A stretch of 64,000 bases of DNA from Camelus dromedarius (Eukaryota), in assembly GCF_036321535.1 (NCBI RefSeq), contig NC_087437.1, forward strand, positions 75,394,001-75,458,000. The letters run 5' to 3'. Under the pieces are notes generated by a model. It was given only the letters and a program-made list of their open reading frames with translations. It was not told the DNA's origin and made no database searches. Below are positions 61,175 to 64,000 of this stretch, piece by piece (the first letter of the stretch is position 1; every line of letters begins with the position of its first letter). Position numbers and translations under genes: made by a program.

Positions 61175-62107
61175 ATATACACATTCTTGTTCATTATAGG
61201 TTATTGCAAGCTATTGAATATAGTTCCCTGTGCTGTACAGTAGGACCTTGTTGTTTATCTATTTTATAAATAGTATTTTATAAATAGTAGTTTGTATCTG
61301 CTAATTTATCTTCCCCCTTCCTCTCTGGTAACCACAAGTTTGTTTTCCATATCTATGAGTCTATTTCTGTTTTGTAAATAAGTTCATTTGGGTCACTTTT
61401 TTATAGAGTTCACGTATAGGTGATATCATATATTTGTCTTTGTCTGACTTACTTCACTCTAGGTCCATCCATGTTGCTGAAAATGGCATTACTTTATTCT
61501 TTTCTATGGCTGAGTAGTATTCCATTTTATATATATACCACATCTTCTTTAGCCAGTCATTTGTCAATGGACATTTAGGTTGTTTTCATGTCTTGGCTAT
61601 TGTAAATAGTGCTGCTATGAACACTGGGGTGCATGTATCATTTTGAGTTAAAGTTTTCTCCAGATATATGCCCAAGAATGGGATTGCTGGATCATATGAT
61701 AACTCTATTTTTAGTTTTTTAAGGAACCTCCATACTGTTGTCCTTAGCTACTGCTATCTCAGTTGCCTATGTTTAACAAACTTGAGGGCCACAGAGGTTG
61801 GGGAGAGCGTGGTGAGAAGAGATTAAGTCCACAGAGGCAAGGCATGACACTAGTCACAGCGGGAACTGATCATGGGTAGAAGTGTTAAGCTCAGTTGGCT
61901 ACTGAATTGTCTCAGTCTCTTTCCTTCCTTTTCTAGGTAGAAAACATGTCAGAAGAACTGAAGAAGGAGCAGGATACCAATGCCCACTTGGAGAGGATGA
62001 GAAAGAATATGGAGCAGACAATTAAAGATCTACAAGAAAGGCTGGCTAATGCTGAACAGACTGCCCTGATGGGGAACAGGAAGCAAATCCAGAAACTAGA
62101 ATCCAGG
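2377..62107 (+). CDS. MYH15: Myosin heavy chain 15, partial multi-exon gene (19 internal exons; start and stop outside the window)
   Basis: join(2377..2494,3395..3518,5124..5260,9211..9466,13059..13301,14394..14570,16270..16415,19400..19490,21480..21869,28448..28574,36605..36723,39266..39462,42609..42958,45103..45227,48427..48542,54122..54314,54536..54739,58978..59103,61937..62107). All junctions are GT-AG with matching phases and no stop. Peptides such as [44 protein letters not shown] and [14 protein letters not shown] match MYH15 as I recall it, rather than MYH1-8/13/7B. Confidence 0.95.
3395..3518 (+). CDS. MYH15: MYH15 exon, 124 nt (converter)
   Basis: aattag|G...ACTAAG|gtaact; [41 protein letters not shown]. 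Confidence 0.95.
4326..4478. mobile_element. MER96-like palindromic hAT MITE
   Basis: Internal inverted symmetry: aaaatttaaggaggtactcattc versus gaatgtgagtgcttccttaaaattt, and tgaggtaagag versus ctcactcacctca. Confidence 0.6.
4552..4820 (+). mobile_element. MER58B-like hAT-Charlie element
   Basis: ggcaaactatg... and diagnostic 3' end gcctagaaatatttactatctggccctttacagaaaatgtttgcagacccctg. Confidence 0.75.
5124..5260 (+). CDS. MYH15: MYH15 exon, 137 nt (converter / IQ1)
   Basis: ttcttttag|GTG...GAGAG|gtatga; [46 protein letters not shown]. Confidence 0.95.
6240..8870 (-). mobile_element. Old L1 (L1M-type) fragments
   Basis: Minus-strand ORF2 remnants [11 protein letters not shown] (compare IISIDAEKAF) and [13 protein letters not shown] (compare SPGPDGFTAEFYQ); T-rich antisense composition; boundaries approximate. 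Confidence 0.75.
9211..9466 (+). CDS. MYH15: MYH15 exon, 256 nt (IQ2, head-rod junction, start of S2)
   Basis: gatttag|G...CAGGCT|gtgagt; [34 protein letters not shown]...LLLQLQA. Confidence 0.97.
9949..10095. mobile_element. MER5-family hAT element
   Basis: cagctgttttcaaccttggc...ctgagaaccattg termini. Confidence 0.55.
10933..11424 (-). mobile_element. ERV1 solo LTR, MER41-like (cetartiodactyl type)
   Basis: TG...CA termini; 4-bp TSD gttc (10929-10932 and 11425-11428); AATAAA on the minus strand near 10980; resembles MER41-type LTRs (ccatatcagtaaacaaaggatg on minus). Confidence 0.85.
12150..12490 (+). mobile_element. L3/CR1 fragment
   Basis: gggtcactcagtgagagctgg...atttgaaaagataaaagggaagagtatttt...ttgtagaatttactgc resembles the CR1 ORF2 3' end. 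Confidence 0.5.
13059..13301 (+). CDS. MYH15: MYH15 exon, 243 nt (S2)
   Basis: ggcag|GAG...CACAAG|gtactt; [11 protein letters not shown]...KEKHATEHK. Confidence 0.96.
14174..14210. repeat. (TG)18 microsatellite
   Basis: Perfect TG run about 180 nt upstream of the 177-nt exon. Confidence 0.97.
14394..14570 (+). CDS. MYH15: MYH15 exon, 177 nt (S2)
   Basis: ccctcag|GTC...AATGAG|gtcagt; [14 protein letters not shown]...LEQHVNE. Confidence 0.96.
15359..15405. repeat. (CA)n imperfect microsatellite
   Basis: cacacacacacacacacactcacactcatatacacattctcacacac. Confidence 0.85.
15690..16010 (+). mobile_element. L3/CR1 fragment
   Basis: ggaaatcatgccacatgag...tgaaatgagctgccatgtgaagaagtgagcttcccatcactggaaag, typical of the L3 3' end. 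Confidence 0.65.
16270..16415 (+). CDS. MYH15: MYH15 exon, 146 nt
   Basis: ttttgtcag|CTT...AGGAG|gtaagc; [48 protein letters not shown]. Confidence 0.96.
17600..19370 (+). mobile_element. Old L1 fragments with a nested L1 3' end (about 17830-18270)
   Basis: gcagcattattcacaatagcc...atggataaagaaaatg...tggaatattattcagcc; aaaaatgggcaaaggaca; boundaries approximate. Confidence 0.7.
19400..19490 (+). CDS. MYH15: MYH15 exon, 91 nt
   Basis: ctaacag|G...CTCCAG|gtaatc; [30 protein letters not shown]. Confidence 0.96.
20200..20580 (+). mobile_element. Mariner (MARNA-like) transposase 3' remnant
   Basis: YSPDSSSND (compare YSPDLAPxD) near 20275-20305 and [15 protein letters not shown] (compare WxKCIxxxGxYFEGD). 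Confidence 0.6.
21480..21869 (+). CDS. MYH15: MYH15 exon, 390 nt (S2 hinge / start of LMM)
   Basis: gctacag|ATT...GCTAAG|gtaata; [14 protein letters not shown]...EQTARAK. Confidence 0.97.
23256..23723 (-). mobile_element. MLT1 (MaLR) solo LTR
   Basis: tgttcagtcatctattg...ctccatgtgactagcttggg...cacatggcaactcaagg...ctcccacaca. Confidence 0.7.
23800..24420 (+). mobile_element. L2 fragment
   Basis: gtctaaaaccaaacttatcaccttc...ctggactactgcagtggtttcctaaat, typical of the L2 3' region. Confidence 0.6.
24448..25246 (-). mobile_element. 5'-inverted (twin-primed) L1 insertion
   Basis: Antisense L1 3' end 24448-~24940 fused to a sense ORF2 C-terminal piece ~24941-25246; 13-bp TSD tgtttctgaattc (24435-24447 and 25247-25259). 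Confidence 0.9.
25680..26890 (+). mobile_element. Decayed Ty3/Gypsy pol (RT + RNase H) remnant, interrupted by a MIR
   Basis: Collinear frameshifted motifs: [24 protein letters not shown] (25741), [20 protein letters not shown] (ORF 25906), HLSCV, KGKC, FYGSF, PLTEL (26192), LLLETT, TRTLS (26431), VYGFFK, EITDR (26753), WRGWV, HDADDI (26868). Confidence 0.7.
26548..26700 (+). mobile_element. MIR SINE
   Basis: gttcaaaccctaattccaacacatactagctgtgtgaattgggaccaagtatttagcctctttgactccattttctcatttataaaa (MIR core). Confidence 0.75.
27636..27682. repeat. Short tandem repeat, three copies of about 15-17 bp
   Basis: aaaaatctggatgac / aaaaatctggatgtgac / aaaagtctggatgat. Confidence 0.8.
28448..28574 (+). 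CDS. MYH15: MYH15 exon, 127 nt
   Basis: ttcaaag|GCT...AATG|gtaagt; [42 protein letters not shown]. Confidence 0.95.
28950..29450 (+). mobile_element. L2 3' fragment
   Basis: cacatggacctctttgctgttttgaacataccaggcat...ggtgctccacaaacatgtggtaaataaa. Confidence 0.6.
31265..34955 (-). mobile_element. L1 with both 5' UTR and 3' end, but internally deleted (about 3.7 kb)
   Basis: Poly-T/3' UTR from 31265, ORF2 remnants to ~33345, ORF1 remnant ~33430-33900, GC-rich 5' UTR ending ...ccatcttgatctgaac; degenerate TSD cttgaaggctttt / cttaaagactttt. Confidence 0.8.
33350..33428. repeat. CT-rich simple repeat
   Basis: ctctccctctccctctccctccctccctctctctctc...tctgtctctgtctgtctc. Confidence 0.85.
36605..36723 (+). 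CDS. MYH15: MYH15 exon, 119 nt
   Basis: ttctgtag|GTGAG...ACCAAA|gtaatg; [40 protein letters not shown]. Confidence 0.95.
37323..37473 (-). mobile_element. vic-1-type tRNA-Ala-derived camelid SINE
   Basis: Minus strand ggggagggtatagctcagtggtagagtgcatgcttagcatgc...ttcaatccccag with A/B boxes; TSD tgtatatacattt (37310-37322 and 37474-37486). Confidence 0.85.
38049..38193 (-). mobile_element. vic-1-type camelid SINE
   Basis: Same tRNA-like head; TSD tct(t/c)atttacttct (38035-38048 and 38194-38207). Confidence 0.85.
38545..38776. mobile_element. MER3/MER33-like hAT element
   Basis: tagccacatggcttgtggctaccctattggagagca; aaatttaaattgacattaattaaaattaag. Confidence 0.65.
39193..39250. promoter_or_regulatory. 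Full CRE (TGACGTCA, 39193-39200) and USF/TFE-type E-box (GTCACGTG, 39241-39248) in a CpG cluster
   Basis: Motifs read directly from the sequence; function is inferred only. Confidence 0.3.
39266..39462 (+). CDS. MYH15: MYH15 exon, 197 nt
   Basis: cctacag|TCA...GCCAA|gtgagt; [22 protein letters not shown]...RTEDLEDA. Confidence 0.96.
41113..41218. mobile_element. MER81/MER94-like hAT-Blackjack MITE
   Basis: TIR-like ends aaggtgatcaattgtcc / cagttggtcaccc. Confidence 0.55.
41325..41595 (-). mobile_element. L1 3' end fragment
   Basis: cagctttattgagatataattg...tctactctcatagcaaccttcaaatctacaatacagtattattaa. Confidence 0.75.
42609..42958 (+). CDS. MYH15: MYH15 exon, 350 nt
   Basis: cttctcag|G...CAAG|gtatgc; [28 protein letters not shown]...[11 protein letters not shown]. 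Confidence 0.96.
44020..44262. mobile_element. MER5A-type elements
   Basis: cacctgggggacttgttaaaac...gagttcctgatccagtaagtctagg...aatttgcatttctaacaag. Confidence 0.7.
45103..45227 (+). CDS. MYH15: MYH15 exon, 125 nt
   Basis: ctctccag|AA...GCCAAG|gtatta; [42 protein letters not shown]. Confidence 0.95.
45535..45702. mobile_element. MER5A/B-type element
   Basis: ggagcttgttagaaattcagactctcag...ctgaatcagaatctgcattttaacaagatc...tttgagaagcactg. Confidence 0.75.
46131..46276 (-). mobile_element. vic-1-type camelid SINE
   Basis: Same tRNA-like head; TSD tcttgacccacc (46117-46128 and 46277-46288). Confidence 0.85.
47830..48070 (-). mobile_element. Short 5'-truncated L1 3' end
   Basis: Closely similar to the 24460-24670 L1 3' UTR (gtcagtttaca...caatttctggtgtacagca...ttagtatctgca). 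Confidence 0.75.
48427..48542 (+). CDS. MYH15: MYH15 exon, 116 nt
   Basis: ttctag|GGA...TTTAG|gtattt; [38 protein letters not shown]. Confidence 0.95.
51197..51360. mobile_element. MER58A-like element
   Basis: ggcaaactttttct...cagatagtattttggctttgcaggcc...gtctctgttgcagctactca...gatttggccc. Confidence 0.7.
52240..52653 (-). mobile_element. MLT1B-like MaLR solo LTR
   Basis: agggctgctgtaacagagtac...ggctggaggttcaagatcaag...gggacacaattcagccgtaa. Confidence 0.8.
54122..54314 (+). CDS. MYH15: MYH15 exon, 193 nt
   Basis: aaattag|G...ATCAAG|gtattt; [29 protein letters not shown]...LGQLQIQIK. Confidence 0.94.
54536..54739 (+). CDS. MYH15: MYH15 exon, 204 nt
   Basis: ttcgcag|GAC...ACCCAG|gtgggg; [26 protein letters not shown]...INLFHTQ. 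Confidence 0.96.
54894..55365 (-). mobile_element. MLT1C-like MaLR solo LTR
   Basis: ctcacagttctgatggctagaagtctgaaattaaggtg...cttgattatctctgtaaagaccctgtttcc. Confidence 0.8.
56330..56515. mobile_element. MER20-like element within an L2 fragment
   Basis: aatgtctgtgggatcattttggttg...acaaagaattgccccacccagaatgccaa...ctgagaaac. Confidence 0.65.
57080..57694 (-). mobile_element. ERV solo LTR (ERV1-like, probably lineage-specific)
   Basis: TGTTG...CTAACA termini, 615 bp, near-TSD ttcc/tccc, AATAAA on the minus strand at ~57137-57142. Confidence 0.75.
58978..59103 (+). CDS. MYH15: MYH15 exon, 126 nt
   Basis: tccttag|AAC...ACCGAG|gtgggt; [42 protein letters not shown]. Confidence 0.96.
61048..61744 (-). 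mobile_element. 5'-truncated L1 containing a (TA/CA)n microsatellite
   Basis: Antisense L1 3' end; TSD tagctactgct(g/a)tct (61033-61047 and 61745-61759); simple repeat at 61118-61183. Confidence 0.85.
61937..62107 (+). CDS. MYH15: MYH15 exon, 171 nt
   Basis: ttttctag|GTA...TCCAGG|gtagga; [33 protein letters not shown]...QKLESR. Confidence 0.95.
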
Positions 62108-62789
62108 GTAGGAGTTGGCCTGTGTAATTGTGGGGTCTTGACAACTTCCAATCTGAAGTCAGATTGTCCCAGAATATTGCACCAGAGAGTCCCTGCCTCC
62201 CTCATCACTTCTGCTTGTAGCATTTTCAGATCTTTGACAGGGTCAGATCTCAGTATATTCATTTATTCTTCTTGACTTTGGGCCACCAAATAGGACTTTT
62301 CTTGGACTGGATGAAATCCACCTTCCTGCTAAGTTAGAACGCATCTCCTCCCCTCACCCACACCAGCGCTAGGCTCCCCATAGCCAGAGTGACCCCCTGT
62401 TTCCAAACACACCCTCACAATCTTGCTTTTTGTGACTTTGCTCCCATTACTTCCTCTGTGGGGAACGCCCATCTCCTAACAGCCAGAGAAACTGGAGGGA
62501 AACGACTCAATGAAGGATCAAAAAGACTTAGTGAAGATATGGTAAGGACTGACAGAAATGATGTAGTACCTGCCTTTAGGGAGCTTAAAAACAAATAAGA
62601 GACCTATCTTGAGAATAGAATTTTAAAAATGATTTAATCAGTTTCAATATCAATGTGCAGGTCACATGACAGAGGCTGTAAGGATGGAAAGAATATTTGA
62701 CTGGGATTTCACGGCACAGAAGGGCCTCTGAAAAAGAAAGTATTGCCTTTGCACATTTATGGAGTATCCATATAATAGAATGCCAATGC

Positions 62790-63790
62790 ATATTTATGGT
62801 ACAGTCATATAATCAGGCTGATTAGTAAGGATGAGGAAGAGCTCTGTAATGTTCAGGGGGCCATGACTAGCTGTATGATGATAAAAAGTGCAGGCAGTAT
62901 GGAGAGTGTACAACCTTCTGTGCAGAAGAGGAGAACTATAAAGACATGTACACATTTGCTTATATTTCCAAAAAAGAAATGGTGACAGGATAAAACAAAG
63001 ACTCATAAAAACAGCTACCCACAGGAGGGGAACACAGATGAAAGGCCTTCTGAATGCACCTTATTTAGCTGTTTTGATTGCAAAATCACATGAAACACTT
63101 ACATGCTTCATAATTGTTAAAAAAAAGTTTAAATCAAAGAGAAAAATACAGCCATCCCTAAAATTTTAACACTAATGGAAGCAAATGAAGCCAACTATTT
63201 ATAAAGTTGAGGAGCATAAAACATGAAGAACGATTATTCCTGGGACTTTAAAATACAGTGTTTTTGTCTGTACATCCCTCATGGAATGTATCTGAGGACA
63301 AAACAAAATAGCAAATAAAATGAACTGCGTTTGTAGTTTCAAAATAACATTATCTTATTATTGCTACTAGCAATAAAAGTAATATAATTATTTATCCAAC
63401 AACATATATAAGCACCAAGATTTTTAGTACAAGAGAAAAAGCATGTAGGTATAAAAACAAAGAACTTGGAATATGCCTTTTTTTCCCCCCTGAAAAATAC
63501 ATGAATTATACTGGTATTTCCATCTCAAATTTAAGACTGCAGGATTTTATTTCATTTCCAGTTGTCGTTTGTCCTAGAACTAATGATAACTCAGTAGCAG
63601 TGAGTTTTTGAATATCAGATGAGACTAAGGAAATACGGTGAATTTCTTAACAACATAATCATAATACCATTATCTATTAGAATTACATAAAGAAATATTT
63701 ACAGTGAAATTATGTGATGTCTAGGATTGGCTTTAATAAAGCAATTTTCCCCTTAGGTGTTTTAATCACTTAAAAAAGGAATAACAATGA
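62790..63790 (+). mobile_element. Old L1 (L1MC/MD-type) 3' fragments
   Basis: gaaatatttacagtgaaattatgtgatgtctaggattggctttaa and A-rich sense composition; boundaries approximate. Confidence 0.5.
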
Positions 63791-64000
63791 AACAACCCCC
63801 CCCCCAAAAAAAGGTGGTATCTGTGTAGGAAAAGGACAGGAGAGAGCCAGGGACAGGACCCCTAGGGGAGGAGGGGGGCAGCCAGCACCCCTCCCCTATC
63901 AAATCCCTACCCCTTACCCTGGGTCCTGCTTTATTTCCCTCCACACATTTATCACCATCTCACACATTCTACATTTCATTTCGGTTTTTGTGTTTCCCTT

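Noticed and set aside
2377..62107. MYH15 pseudogene call
   Set aside because: No stop, frameshift or broken GT-AG site in the 19 exons visible; exons outside the window cannot be judged
63531..63548. ttaagactgcaggatttt resembles miR-499-5p (TTAAGACTTGCAGTGATGTTT)
   Set aside because: Needs three gaps, has no complementary star arm, lies in L1-like sequence and is in the wrong part of the gene; chance match

Overview
Mammalian intron-exon DNA. Three vic-1-type tRNA-Ala SINEs indicate a camelid (inference). The + strand carries 19 consecutive internal coding exons of a sarcomeric class II myosin heavy chain that I recognise as MYH15, running from the SH1/SH2 helix through the converter, IQ region and S2 into LMM. 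Both gene ends lie outside the window. All introns are GT-AG, phases match, and the joined 3410 nt (about 1136 codons) is open. The introns are full of transposon fossils: L1 (including a twin-primed copy and an internally deleted copy nested in Charlie1), L2, L3, MIR, MLT1, two ERV1-type solo LTRs and MER DNA transposons. Less obvious are two heavily decayed Ty3/Gypsy pol remnants, a MULE transposase remnant and a mariner remnant, found by frameshifted manual translation. I found no convincing wholly new biological system. The best leads are the Gypsy fossils, erosion of near-invariant myosin residues (SH1 Cys, glycines at coiled-coil core positions), possible splicing-based regulation (a re-splicing-prone exon and two candidate poison exons), and a CpG/CRE/E-box cluster that may be an intragenic regulatory element. 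Repeat family names and comparisons with other myosins come from memory and need database confirmation.
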